64,000 bases of DNA from Antedon mediterranea (Eukaryota > Animalia > Echinodermata), in contig NC_092674.1 in NCBI RefSeq assembly GCF_964355755.1, positions 22,382,001 to 22,446,000 of the forward strand, written 5' to 3'. Position numbers and translations under genes: made by a program. The notes beneath the pieces were generated by a model that saw nothing but the letters and a program-made list of their open reading frames with translations, was not told the origin of the DNA and made no database searches. This document shows, piece by piece, positions 12,761 to 26,809 of this stretch. The first letter of the stretch is position 1; every line of letters starts with the position of its first letter.

Positions 12761-14400
12761 ATAATAGTCGTTCCATTATAGCAGAAAATACATTTACATT
12801 TTGTACATGTTGTTTGTATCAAAAATTATAGGATAAATAAAACGTACTCATATATTGAAGAAAAAACAATATAAATATTCATTTTAGGAACTTTATTTAT
12901 TTATAGCCTACATCTCATAATAAATTGAATGTCGACGATTTAAAGGCCTATGACTAAAACACATGAAAAATACAATGTACCTACTTCTCTGGGTTAGATC
13001 ACAGTCTCGTTCAAAAATTAGAATATGGATTACAATATCATTAACTTCGTTTGAATCCAACATTAAATGTATGTTTTCTTTGTGTGGTGTTATATATAAA
13101 GGCCTTACATCTATATCTTATATCTAATCTATCCTAATGCTTATGTATATTTCGCTATATTCTCGATGTACTTAAAGTAGTTTTTAAATATTTACTTCTT
13201 TAATTTCATGTTAAACCAGGCTGGCCCAAAATTAGTAAAAAATAAATAAATTTTACAAGGTTAAAAAACAAATCATTGTTTAAATAATAATAATATTGAT
13301 GATAACAAAAAAAAAACTATAATATGTCTTATGTGCACTAAAGGTTTGTGCATTTATATGCAGTATATTTGTTATATATTGTAAAATGTCATGTACTTGT
13401 TGTAAGGTTAATATTGGAAGTACAAATTATATAAACCAATTTACTTTGTCAATGGTGTACACTGAACTAATGTTCATAAAACTATATACAATTATTATAC
13501 AACAATATCTCAAAGTTATTCTTCCATATAATTATGTTGGATGTAACAAAGAAAAAAAATTTATTTCAAAGTTTATTCTACAAGTTCTGGACCATGTCAA
13601 ATAAAAAGTACAGAAGTCAGGATCATATTGAAGTTGTTTCTAGTGAAGTATATCTGCAGTCCCATGTAGTTCAGTTTAGCAAATTATCTGGAATCCAACC
13701 ACAACCACTGTTGCATTTCATTCTACCTAAAGTAACAGATAGATAATCAACATTTAGAATAATAATACAATTTAAATAAATGTAGACTCATGTTGATACA
13801 ATTAACTATTTTAACATTAGATATTATTTTCGATTTAAGATGTATTGACCCAAAAACATGAAAAATAAAGATTATTACAATCAGACTTAAAAAAAAAAAT
13901 CTTTATTATATAATTGTAATATGAAATAGCCTATTCAATTTTTTTAAATCCAAATGTCTTTGTCACAGAGGCATATTCAGCACAACTTGTTTTCCATGGG
14001 TACAACATATTTATTCAACCAACAGAAAAGCATGATTCAACGGATAATGTTGATATCCTTTTTTCAATGGTAATTCTATGTTAATTATTTGTTGCAAATC
14101 TTTTAACATTTTGAGAAAGATTTGTTTATTATTTAAAAATAAAAGAAACATAAACTAGGCCTCCCTTTCATTTTTCTTTGAATGTAGCCTATGCCTATGA
14201 TGTGGTATAACAGTCTAGGTTAATCGAATACACTTTCAGAATCACAGATCAATTAATTATCAAATCGTTGGATAATTTGAAAATTGAAAATACAGTTAAA
14301 CCAATTAAATATTTGTATATATGCCTACTCTTCAAACCTAAGCCTAAACCCCCTCTTTTTGTGTTTCTTAATTAATAGAAGACCAACATATACCTGGTGA

Positions 14401-14598
14401 CTAATTTTTTGAAGTGTTTGAGCCCTTCGACTGATGCGATCCAGAAGGTGCATTGCCTCTTAATGTCGATGAAGATTGACCATAATGACCACCACATTGG
14501 CCTCTCATCCCGCCATATCCACCATTTCCACCATTTCCACCATTTCCACAGCCGTTACCACGACCTCCTTTTCCTCCACTTCCTTTTCCACCTGGCAT
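14401..14598 (-). CDS. Gly/Asn-rich small protein B, 65 aa (MPGGKGSGGKGGRGNGCGNGG...GQSSSTLRGNAPSGSHQSKGSNTSKN)
   Basis: Paralog of 8975-9202; gaaaATG start; donor cag|gtatat 7 nt after the stop; conserved promoter at 14695-14790. Confidence 0.75.
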   Translation of the reverse strand: MPGGKGSGGKGGRGNGCGNGGNGGNGGYGGMRGQCGGHYGQSSSTLRGNAPSGSHQSKGSNTSKN

Positions 14599-17500
14599 TT
14601 TCAGTAAATTGTATAATAGGACAAAATACAGAGTTGCTACCTTAAATTTGATGTTGAGATGCTTCTTAATTTAATTTTTCGCCATTCGTTCGGACATTTA
14701 TAGAAATTTGTTGCCATAAACTAGCCAGTTATTTGAGAGTATTGTGTTGACGTTATATTGTCGATATTTGATTGGATAGGTATTTATAGATTCGAAGATT
14801 CTCGTATCGTAACCGTAATTTACGAATTTCTATTTCCGAATTATTGTTGTTTATTTTTTTTGTTTTTTTATTATGTTTGATTTGAGTTTTCACTGTTGTA
14901 CGTAATTTTTCAAATATTATATTAATAAATACAGTATACAAAATGTAACCATTACGCCTAGTTAAACAGTCAATGTATGTAAGCAGGTTCCAAAGTTAGT
15001 GCAATACGTCGATAATTATTGTGTTGATAATGGATGTTCCGACGCCTAATAGATTTAGTTTCAGGGGCCTTTTAAAATATTGTTTTACTTTAATATACTT
15101 TTTTCGTGTATTCTACTCTTAATTGAGACGAATAAAAACAAAAAAAATACAACTCTTTATACTTAGGACAATTTATTCGTTGCTTTGAATCCATCTGCTT
15201 TTCAACGAAAAACACTAATCAGCGCCAATCTATTCTTTTGAAGGTTTTTTTTGTTATCCTGTTAAACGTTAATTTATGAAGCACACTTGCAATTATCACA
15301 CATTTTTATTTTATCAGATATTAAGGGATACAGGAATATAAATTTTACAACGTATACTGTAACATGAGACACGAAAATTACATTTTTATGCTTACTTTAC
15401 ATTATTTATTATAAAAATATTGCATAGAAATTTAAAATGAGACTAATTGCTGCAATATGCCTTATGCCTATGTGTTTTACACTTGAGCATAATTATTTGT
15501 TATGAAAATGAGAAAGCTAATTATTTTTTTTGCAAACAGTGGCATATTAAATACAATATCAGATTTTAATTTATTCAATAATGTATTAAATTATTATAAA
15601 TTCTAAAAATATAACCTTCTAAACTGGGGAAAGCTGTGAACATGTTACATTACCCAACGTTTGAACTAGACAAATATTGTTTTATGTTTTATAGGCCATC
15701 ATTTCATACAATAGTTAGTTCAGTTAACAGGTTTTAAAAGGTATTATCTTGTACATTAGCAGGGCAATATGCAGTTATTGTGTGTTAATTCTTGGCGGCC
15801 AAAATATGGAACCTAGGCAGTGTTTGTTGTTTTAAAAAATAGCCTACTGAACATAGTAACACAATTTTGCAGCAAAACATTGTGTATGCTCAAACGCACC
15901 ATTGTACATTTAATTCAACATGTTTAAACAGCAACGTAAAGGGATTTCCATGCCATTGTAGCCTGACCCTTATTGACCTCTATACTAATACAACCTTATT
16001 TAGGTTATTGAAGTCAATAACTGTAAATAATTGACTTGTATACAACGAAATAACTCCTTTGTACCATATTGCATCTATCTCCTGCATGCTGTAGACGGTG
16101 TTTCTTATTGTAAACTTTAGTTTAGCACAATCTTTAAATTTAGTTCATTTCATTCACAACATCTTGGCAGAAGTAGACTTACACTATTCACCAACAAATG
16201 ACATGTTTCTATTAAAAAATGAAACAATAAATTATGATTTTTAGAGTTATTTCTTTCTATTAATGTGCATTTAGAACGAATTAGTTTCAATTTGCTAACT
16301 TTATATTATATCAAGATACACCAATTTGTAGGTGGAAAATCGCACAAATTCTAGCAGTACATCTGTATTGTTTATTATAGTCTTTCAAATATTTTTATTG
16401 TTCCACTTTCTTTTATAATGTAGACCAGATCGCAATAAATACTCTTTTTAATGTATCACTATGCATTTTATGTACGCTACTATTATTACTTTAATACTTA
16501 GGCTATAATGATTTTGATATCATTTTTAAAAGTTTAGTTGTTGAATGAATGTGTTTTTCAAAAGGAAATAAATTGAGGTTGAGAATATCTTATTGTAATT
16601 TTATGTCTTAAGCATACATTTAAATATTGAATAAGTGAATATAACTAATTGTCTGCTCTCTGATAACAATAACTCTTGTAAATCGATTTAGGCTTGTGTT
16701 ACTGTGAGTAAAGGTGGTATTATACCCTCATATTCTAGAAATAAAAAAACGAATGTACATTATGTTTTATTTTCTCTTGTCATAAACAAATTAAATTAAT
16801 TTTGCTACATTGTTAGTCATTAGTGGATGGAATTTTCACATGCAAATGTACAATAAAACTGTAAGACTGTAAAAAAAAGTGTATTTTGTATGTAAATGAA
16901 TGGTTGATTATTCTAAAAATAAACGTTGGAAAATTTAATCACACAGTAGGGTAAATTATTGATGATAATACTCATTTTTTATGAACCTTAGTTGTTCATG
17001 TTTTTTTTTTTGGAGGGGGGTGGGGCAATAAATCTTTTAAGTAATCAATACACACCTACACACTAGGATCAACAGCTGCAAATTTCGCTTGTGCAAAAAA
17101 TAGAATTTTTGAATTTAGCAATTGGGATAATTATAATGTTATTTAGATTATAAATTTAGTTTCTTCTTAGTTTTAACATTTTCTTGCATTTGTATTGCCC
17201 CGAAGCAGGTTTAAGTTATTGATTATCTTCTCAACATTAAAATCCATAGAATTTATTTTATTTTAAATGGCAGACGTTTAGCAATGATTCTATTTTAACT
17301 GACTAGTAACTTTAATAAATAAAAGAATGACATCAAAATAATTAAAATAATATATTCTTTCCTTAATTCAAAATACACTGTACAGTGAAACTGAACTTTG
17401 AACTTTTTTATTCAAACGAATACAAATACAATTTCGCATCATAACGAAGGCAACGTGCGGAAATGTAAAACACACATTATTAAACATCCAGAGCCATGTT

Positions 17501-18919
17501 ATGTCAATCGTGCTTTAAAATTGTTTTTGATTAAAAAAAAAAATTGCTTAAATTTTTAATCTTGTATAAACCAACACAAATTGGTTTTTTTCTTTTCCTT
17601 TTCTACTTGTACTACTAATACTTTTTTTAGTTGTGGGTATCGCCCACCATTATTGTTTTTCTATTACCTTCATATCATTAAATCATTTTCTCTTCATATT
17701 ATTATTATTTTTGTTTTTTGCTGTTTTTTTCAGCATGGTTTCTTCAATATTATTTGAAAGAAAGTAATTAAGTGTGTCCTAATTCTAGCATGTAGTTATC
17801 ACACATTATATTTGTAGTGGATTTTAAACTTAATAACTTATATTTTAATCCTATATTTTCTAATAAAGGTATTAGAGCATTTGTAATTTTTAGCTGTTTT
17901 ATTTTGATATCATTTGCAATATAATTTGTTATTTCGTTAATTTACTTCTGTAGTGATACATTTTTAGTATTTTACAATTGAAATTCAAAACAGTGAAACA
18001 AGACAAAAATAAGACAAACATAGACAACACTGATTGACAAATAGAAGTACCTCAAAGTATTATAGCTGGCATAATTTTAACCGTCATATTTTATATTGTC
18101 ATAAATATTGATAAATTTACCGAGTGCTAAATTAGGTAACTTTAAATATTATAAATAGTCTCAAACGAAAAGTATGTACACATATTTTGAAAAAGCATAA
18201 TATGACGCTGAACTGTAATACTGAACTTTGAACCAGCTAAACTGAACTCAATGGAATTTTCCGTCATTCTAAATGTATATGTGAATGTTGTTGCTGTTTA
18301 GGCTAATCGATATAAATTAACACACACTAGTTGCATTCATAGTATTTTATTATTAAAACAAAATGGTAGAAAAAAAATAAAAACAAAAACAAAGAAAATA
18401 TAACTTTTTTCCTTAATTATAAATATTATATTAAAATTAAGACTAAACTCAATTTTAGGATATTGCATCAGACTAGAAATGCACTACTTTAAAAATATAT
18501 TTATGGTTTTAGATCTGGCTGAAATTGTATTTTAAGTAGCCCCAACCTTCTAGTAATAATTTCTAATGTGATATATTGTACAATATAACTCTATAACCCT
18601 ACAATCTATACATTTTACAGGCAGTATTATGTGTTATGTTATTTTACTATTTTTACTTTAGTTCTATTTAATATTTTTATTAATTTACTTAATATAATAA
18701 ATCAAATTCGTATGGAAAGTTTAGTTATATTTTATTATAAAATACAATAAATAAATGTTAAATTATCAAGTATTTTGAAAATAAACTATATCAAAAACAT
18801 TTTGTAGGCCCTACATATATTATCATTGAAGTTTTTTACAGTTTCTATATTAAATTATCATCATTATTCCTAATCTATCTTCCTAATTTTATTAATTATT
18901 TATTTTTTAATATTTATTT

Positions 18920-21030
18920 TAGCCACTGAAAATAGGACATAAAAGCTTAATTAATGGTTATAACATAGTGAGTTGCGTAGTTTAGCCTTTATCTATGAGT
19001 TCTTAATCTCAATAAACAAGGCTATACAGTGTAAATGGCGGAAATAGGTACAAACAGTACGGCCAGTGACGACGAAAACGGTCGAGTTTTTGTTTATCAG
19101 TGTGTTACAATAAATAATCTTAATCTTTTTCACTTTCTGAATTCAAGTAATTTCGTCAAACATTATTGTTTAAGTCAATGTATTTATAGGCCTATAAAGT
19201 GTAGAGAGAAGGATTGGTAAGCTGAAATCTATTGTTAACTTGTAATATTCGATGTTATGATATCTATGCAATGCTTTAGATGTTGTGACTAACGAACCAA
19301 CACTTCAGCCATTTTGAATTACAAGTTGGCAATGAACGAATTGTGAAACCTTTCGCTAATAACCTTTGTGCTACTACCGGCATTTAACGGTAGTATCGTC
19401 CTTAGGGGGAAAGTGCATATGCATATTCAATAGGATGCTATATTAGTTTGGCAAAGTTAACCTGAGCTTTGCAGTAGTTATATTAATTCCAGCTGCTATT
19501 GAATAATATAACGGGTTTTGTTAGAAATAATGTAATTTAATTGTACGCTCTCTGGTTACAATTTCCCGAATAATAATGTCCACAAAAGTTACTAAATTGT
19601 CTGGTATATTAATATCTACTTCACACTATGTGAGTAGATAACTATAATACTGTAGTATCTGGCCAAACAGCGATTATATTGCCACCTTATATAGTATTTT
19701 GTGCCCGTGAAGCGCACTATAAGTAAAATGTTAACTTTTGTTCTTTAGTTGTTGCCAAATTTCATAAAGTATGATATTGCATAGTAATTTACTTGCAAAT
19801 ATGTTTGTTTTCATAGCAAATAAATTTAACATTTGTGAATGCATAACTGAACTGATGAAACATGCTAGAATGTTCTACAATTCTATAAATAATTCTGTGG
19901 AATTTCAATCATTCTAATTCAGATGAACCCTATAATAATTATGAATACTTATTTTTATCTACTTATTTATATCTATGAATCTCCAATTAACATACTAATT
20001 TTAGCAGGGCTAACAGCCCACATGTATTTTAGAGACAGAATGTTTTATTTTACCATTTAATTTACTACATTCGTATGGAATGTTATTTTTAAGGAATGCA
20101 ATAGATATATCTATATGATTTTAACGTAACAGATATTGTAAAAAAAAAAGTCATTGAAGTAAAGTAAACATCCTGAGTTTGTAATATTAAATTGTTATCA
20201 ATAAAACATAAATTGATGAATTATTGTCAATCCACTATTATTCTTATTCAAATAAGAATATAAATAATTACATTTTTGTTAAATACTTTCTTGAGCCACA
20301 GGAGGTACTGTAGTAAACCTAAAAGCTAAATGGTTATGACTTTATAGCGATTTCCGTGTTTTAGCCTTTATCTATGAGTCCTTAATCTCAATAAACACGG
20401 CTATATGATGTAAATTGAATGGCCTTAACGAATACAAACGGTACGGCCGAAAGTGTATGTTACAGTAAAATATACCACCATTGTCTGAATTCAATCAATT
20501 TCGTCAAACGTTAATTTTCAAATTTAATTATTTCTATAAAGTGTAGAGAGAATGCATAGGTAAGCTGACAATCTTGTGTTGACTTGAATTAGTCGATGTT
20601 ATGATATTTGTGCAAAGCTGCAGATAACGAACCAATCGTTTTGCCACACTTGCAGCCATTTTGAATTAGTTGGCAAAATCACGAATTGTGAAACCTTTCG
20701 CTAATAACCTTTGTGCTACTACCGGCATTCAACGGTATTATTGTCCTTAGAGGGAAAGTGGATATGCAGTAGTTATAATCCCAGCTGCTTTTGAATAATA
20801 TAACAGGTTTTATTGGAAAGAATGTAATTTAATTGTACGCTGATTACAATTTTTCCGAATAATAATGTACACAGAAGTTACTAAAATTGTCTGGCATATT
20901 ATTATCTACTTCAGACTATGTGAGTAGATAACTATGATACTGTAGTATCTGGCCAAGCAACCGTTATTATGACATATTATAGTATGTTGTGCCCGTGAAG
21001 CGTACCTATGGGTAAAGTGTTAACTTTGGT
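18920..21030 (+). repeat. Tandem duplication (~18920-19740 vs ~20290-21030), each copy with a candidate non-coding exon ending in a G|GTAAGC donor (19217, 20560)
   Basis: Long near-identical blocks such as tttagccttt.atctatgagt, gaattgtgaaacctttcgctaataacctttgtgctactaccggcatt and ctatgtgagtagataactat.atactgtagtatctggccaa. Confidence 0.85.
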
Positions 21031-21989
21031 TCATGATAAAACTAAGACCAGGATTTCGCAGATCCTAGTGTGTCACGGGTGCCTCTGAAAATTAAATGGT
21101 GAATGACATTGTTTCTAGCGAAACGTTATAGTGTACACTTTATAAAATGGTCGTTTAAGTTCCTAGACTTATTTTGGTGAATCTTGCAGCATACCACTTC
21201 TGCCTAGATTATTATATCATACTTCGTTTGCATTGCCATAATTCCCCCGTTATTCTTTTTGTATTGTTGCTGAAACTACAACAGCCAATAAATTCGACAT
21301 GCATTTATTATTCTATTAGAATGTTCGAATATTAATGACTTATTTCAATATTCCACTTGATCTAAAATGCAAATAATACTGTACAACCGGTCTTTGTTTG
21401 CATCTTGTTCTATAATCAGCATAACAGACACCATTCTGGCACCTTTTTTCGACAATTACCCTTTGTCTGAAATTCATACCCCCTCTGTTAGTTTTAATAC
21501 ATTCAAAATATGATATTTCTATCAGTATTCCTTATTTTCTCAAGCAAGGGGTGGAGAAACATTACATAGAATTTCCTTGTAACATCGTGTGATGCCAGCA
21601 AATGTTGGCCTATTGATCCCGTCGCCTAGAAACCGGTCCGGAACAACATCTTCTTTTACAATTTTCGAAAGTTCATGTCCTTTGTCGAACCCCTTGGCTT
21701 TTAGTTTTCGTTGGCATAACCAAATATGGAAGTGAAAAGCAGCTTGGTTCAGATAAATCGTCATTAAACATTCATATTTCGGCAGGGATCGTCTGAAGAT
21801 CTCGTTTCCCGACCATTTTTGGAACAAAAACGGGTGGACCTAACTGTATACTGAGCAATATTACCTCTGCGAACAAGCTGATTTCTTTACAATATGGTTT
21901 GAATTTCTACGAAAGTTTGTGAACCTGATTTTGTCATTTTACCATTCTTTACAACATTACACTACTTGCTTTGTTGTAGGAGTAGTACT

Positions 21990-23157
21990 ATGGAGAAAGA
22001 ATCAGAATCAAAGAGTGAAGCTGTCTCCAAAAGCGAAGCTACTAAAAAGGAGTTGGAAAATGACCCAAATTATAAGAGAGCGACGAGTCTAACTACACCC
22101 GACTGTAATGACGATTCTCCGAGACGCAAAAAGAGTAAGTCAGCCATTTATATTACGATATTGTATTTCATGACTGTAAACCATTAAGAAGAAAAAAATA
22201 TGGTAGATTTGCAGTCATTAACAAAGAATCTGTTCGATTCTCATTAACTTACTATTTCCTAAACTATTATCCAAAAGTAGCATCTAATTTACCCACTATG
22301 TCGATAGGAAACGCTCGGCAATGTACAGCAGACCTCAAACGTTAAATATTATTATGCGTAGGCTTAAATTCGGCAGTATTCTAGTCTATGAGCGGTAGTA
22401 GTGTTCACCCTGTCTAAAATACAATTCTTAATATAAATTTTCAATATATTCGTTTAGTAAAATTCTAGTTGTTGTTGCATGCAATTTGAAATGCAATGCA
22501 TGGATTTTTTTTTTTTTGTTGTTCAATCATTAATTAGCCATTAATATTAATTGTAATGATTATTCATAAAGACCAAAAAGTTATTTTTAACATGTTACTT
22601 GACCTGCTGGTAGTATTACTAAAATTATTTTAAAACTCGGTTCGAATAGTACAAATAATGCTCATTATACATTTGGACTCATAAAATTTAAATGATGTAC
22701 TGCTGCTTTACATATTATATGAAGTTACAAAACGTATATACTGATATACAGTAACAATGGACATTTCAACAAACAATAGCCATGCATAGCGATATATATT
22801 AGTATGTTTGTAATTAAATATAAGATTGGAATTAATTCACATGAATTGGTTAATATCAAACAAAACCAGCCTTTATATATTTGATTTCTAGCCGTAATCA
22901 CTGTATATTTAACGTCTACTGTGTTTTGTGGATGTCTTAATACTACCACAAAATTATAATTAGAGAAGAAAATGCCTATTAACCTGAATAAAATTATAAC
23001 CCTTACATTTTAACGATACCCGGATGTTCAATTTAATTCAATCGACCTATTCTTATAAGTGGTTTCCTTGTGTGGTTTTTTTTTAAACAAAAATTCATGA
23101 TATTTAACTTTCCTTTCTATTTCAGAGGAAGATATGAAGCCGGTGACCAAAAACTAG
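21990..23157 (+). CDS. Small charged protein, 58 aa: MEKESESKSEAVSKSEATKKELENDPNYKRATSLTTPDCNDDSPRRKKKEDMKPVTKN; exons 21990-22134 and 23126-23157
   Basis: Acceptor ttgttgtag| at 21979 just before actATGG, donor A|gtaagt at 22134/22135, strong acceptor tttcctttctatttcag| at 23125, frame-compatible join and stop, AATAAA at ~23275. No family recognised. Confidence 0.55.
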
Positions 23158-24949
23158 AACGAATTAATATAAGTGCCTTCCGAGTTTATTTTATCATACA
23201 ACACCAGTTCTCACAATAGTTAAGTCACCGTGTCTGTTTAGTTTGATATCTTATGATCAGTTAAAGTCGTAAAAAATAAACACAATTAACTACTTCCTTT
23301 ATCGTTTTATCCAATTTAAACAAGAACAATCGTCATTAAAATATTCACTTTATGATCAAGATTCAAGGTAATATGCTTCACTATTTTGTATTAAATAGAA
23401 ATAGTAAAGTAAATCATCTTATAAAAAGTATACATTAATTGGATATAAAACCATAAGAAAAAAAAATGCAGCCTGTGTAACATAAAAATACAGCTGCTGT
23501 GCGATAATGGTTATTATGTATCATTACTAAACATATATGCCTATACTGAACCAAGGTGCCAAAGACAGTATATTTTATTGTATTAATAAATAAAAATAGC
23601 ATTACAATCTATATTTTATAATGTAATCAAACAATATATATAGGTCTACTAGCTATATAATACAATATACGAATACAGTTATGCATAAATGAATATTGTA
23701 TTGCAGTACATTTGGTTTGTATGTTCATCATATTTATATATCATATACTATCATTATTGTTTAAGTTATGATTATCATTTTTGTTATTTAAAGCGTTTTT
23801 ATATTAATTTAGTGTATAATAAATAATTGAAATTGTATAATATATATACACGATTATAATAGATTTATGTTACTTGATTAAAAACAGTACTTACTAACAA
23901 ACTAACTAGCAAATTGAAGTTTATAATGTTATAATAATAATTGTGTACATTATTACTAGATTTGCAACGAGCGATCGTTATTGTAAAAAAAAAGGTTGTA
24001 GTTTTAAAACTGCCCTCTATAGCGGCACCATAGTTAGTGTTGGGAACTCAACGCCAGAGGACGCCCTTTCTTATTAATCCAAACTGTAGAAATTTAATAA
24101 TAGAGTATCTATTTTTAAGTCGTTTAATATTTTTATATTATGTATATGTCGTCATTTTTATGGTACTGAGATATTATTATAATTATTTTAATGTATTTCC
24201 CCCATAGCAATCCGTATTCAATTCGAAACTACTTACCTTTATAATTAGGCCTAGTATAATGTGGTTATCATAACATTTATAATAGTTAGTTATTTATTTG
24301 TTTATAATTTCTTTTCAAATTGATACATACCGTCGTGTAAAGACATTGCATAAAACAATTTTAATTTATTTAAACAAGTATTTGAGGAAATTTTTGTTGC
24401 GATAGAAAGACAGTATAATATATATATATATCAAAGTCATGTTTCATATGGAAATGAATCATAATATTATTCAAATATTACTTGTTCTATTGTCATTTAT
24501 GATAATCATCTTTATAATTTTGCTTTATTTTCAATGTATTAATTCCGGCGCGTTGCTGGTACACAGTCCCTAATATAGTATTATAAGTGGTTGATCGGTA
24601 TTATGACCCCAATCATCCCCAGTCCATATCTTGATGACTCTAATGTCAATAGTCAAGGTCTGTTCGCCATATGAATGCATGTTCCAGTTTTTTTATTTTA
24701 AAATGATCTTTTTCTCATGTCAAAAAAGAGGCCTAATAAGCAAATTTTTTTTCATTATTCTTCATGAAAGCTTTTTTTTTATGACTAAACACCAACGGCA
24801 TGATATTTTTCTTGTTTACAAATAAGCAAACTGTGTTTAGAATCCTCTAGAAGAGACTTCAGAAAATCTTTTAATCCTGAATATTTTAGGTCGTATATAT
24901 TTATATTAGTTTGATAATGAGCACTTTTTTCAGAATCTGAAAATCGTTT

Positions 24950-25580
24950 TGAATAATATTAAAATAAGGAAACATTTCAAAATCCGTTGCCCAATGAGCA
25001 AACCTCGTTTAGAATCTCAGACGCGATCTCTTTCAAAATCTGTTCTCTAATGAGCCAACCTCGTTTTGAAACTTAAAGATATTTAAGATAATCTTACACG
25101 CAACTAGGCGTTCTCTTTCAAAATCTGTTGGCTAATACGCAAACTTTGTTCAGCATCTGGAACATCGTTTAAAATCTGAGAGATATTTCAGATAATCTTA
25201 CACACAACAAGGTGTTCTCTTTCAAAATCCGTTAGCTAATCCGCAAACTTTGTTCAGCATCTAGAACATAGTCCAAATCTGAGAGATATTTCAGATAATC
25301 TTAAACGTAGGAAGGCGTTCTCTTTCAAAATCCGTTAGCTAATACGCAAACTTTGTTCAGCATCTAGAACATAGTGTAAAATCTGATAGATATTTCAGAT
25401 AATCTTAAACGCAACAAGGCGTCCTCTTTCAGAATCGTTTGGCTAATAAGCAAACTTTGTTCAGCATCTAGAACATAGTCAAAAATCTGATAGATATTTC
25501 AGATAATCTTAAACGCAACAAGGCGTTCTCTTTCAAAATCGTTTGCCTAATAATAAGCAAATTTTGTTCAGCATCTGGAA
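24950..25580. repeat. Tandem array, ~104 bp unit, ~5-6 copies
   Basis: aaactttgttcagcatct recurs at 25141, 25245, 25348, 25452 and ~25558; agatatttcagataatctta has the same period. Confidence 0.92.
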
Positions 25581-26809
25581 GGAATTTCTTATAATCTCTC
25601 AATTCTTGAAAAACGGAGCCAAGTACCTGTATGCCCACTTTATCTAACAACATGGAAACTTTATTATATGTTAGTTATCGGGTTTTTTATTGCTATCTAA
25701 TGAAGCTAATGTTCTCTTAAAATCGGTTGGCTAATATTCAAACTATCCAGCTTATAAACCTCTTAATAATTTTCCATTTGAAAGTGGCAAAGGTTTGTGT
25801 TCTGCACTATACTTTTCGGTTCTGAAACAAATTTCAGATAATCTTCAATTGCTACTAATCCGCTAGCATTATGGTGCTTTAATCTTGTAGTTCAAAATAA
25901 CAGACTTGAATCAATAAGCCCTTGTTATTCATCTTCATCTGAAGATGTATCGGTTTATGGAACTACTACTGCATCCGTTTCCGTCAACTATGTGTACCTT
26001 GACAAACACACTTTAGTCGATGACTATGCACATAAAAGTGTAAATTCTGGATTGAAATTTAAATATTATCGCTAGTCCTGATAATCACCAGTCCTGTCAA
26101 AATAATGGCAAATTTAATTCTTCTGGTATTCTTCTTCTTTTGGACAATTGCCAAATGACACCCTAAAAACATTTCTGTAGAATCTGTATTCGTTTTTTTT
26201 TCTCGTAGGCCTACTAATATTTGCCAATCTTTAAGAATATATATTGTTATTATATTATGATTATGAACAAATAAAGCATTTTAGTGTTCAATATATATGA
26301 TGTATCTGTTCTTAATTATAAAAACGATGTGTTCTGTCTATGGTATCTCTCAAATAGACCACCCTCTAACGAATACACTTTCCTCATATCTTATATTCGA
26401 AATGCAATTTGGAAATCGCACAGTAGCGTCTACAAGTCACGCAAAACGTGTGGCGGGATACTTAGGAACGCTAAGAAGCAAAGTGAAATATATGACAATA
26501 CTAACATATTCAACAACTCATGTTTTCCAGCCCTGTGTAGACTAATTAATAAACCAAAAATAAAAACATTTCGGGCATAACAACAATACCAATTACAATA
26601 GTTCTCTCAAATAATATTTTGTATAAAGTACTTTCATCAGTAGTCTTTTCCATGTGTAATATTTCCTTTTAAAAATAATTATTTAACTTTTTAATGTTGT
26701 GAACTTTGATGTTTGAAATCTTGTACCGATTTTATATGTAAATCTCGCGCAATTCAGTTTTATTTTATATATACTACAAAGAGAAATATTGAATAAAAGC
26801 AGAGTAATG

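Noticed and set aside
13675-14403. Stop-codon readthrough of Gly-rich gene B into a downstream exon (SPGRMKCNSGCGWIPDNLLN)
   Set aside because: The paralog's donor is in a different phase relative to its stop, and no equivalent peptide was found, so there is no support.
8992-14645. His-rich or Ala/Thr-rich plus-strand ORFs (8992-9240, 9056-9316, 14397-14645)
   Set aside because: These are antisense shadows of the Gly-codon repeats; promoter, Kozak context and splice donor all support the minus strand.
21540-21850. 95 aa minus-strand ORF in a GC-richer patch
   Set aside because: No recognisable domain or splice pattern and a non-ATG start. It is probably a repeat fragment in the intron upstream of the 58 aa gene, but element ends could not be defined.
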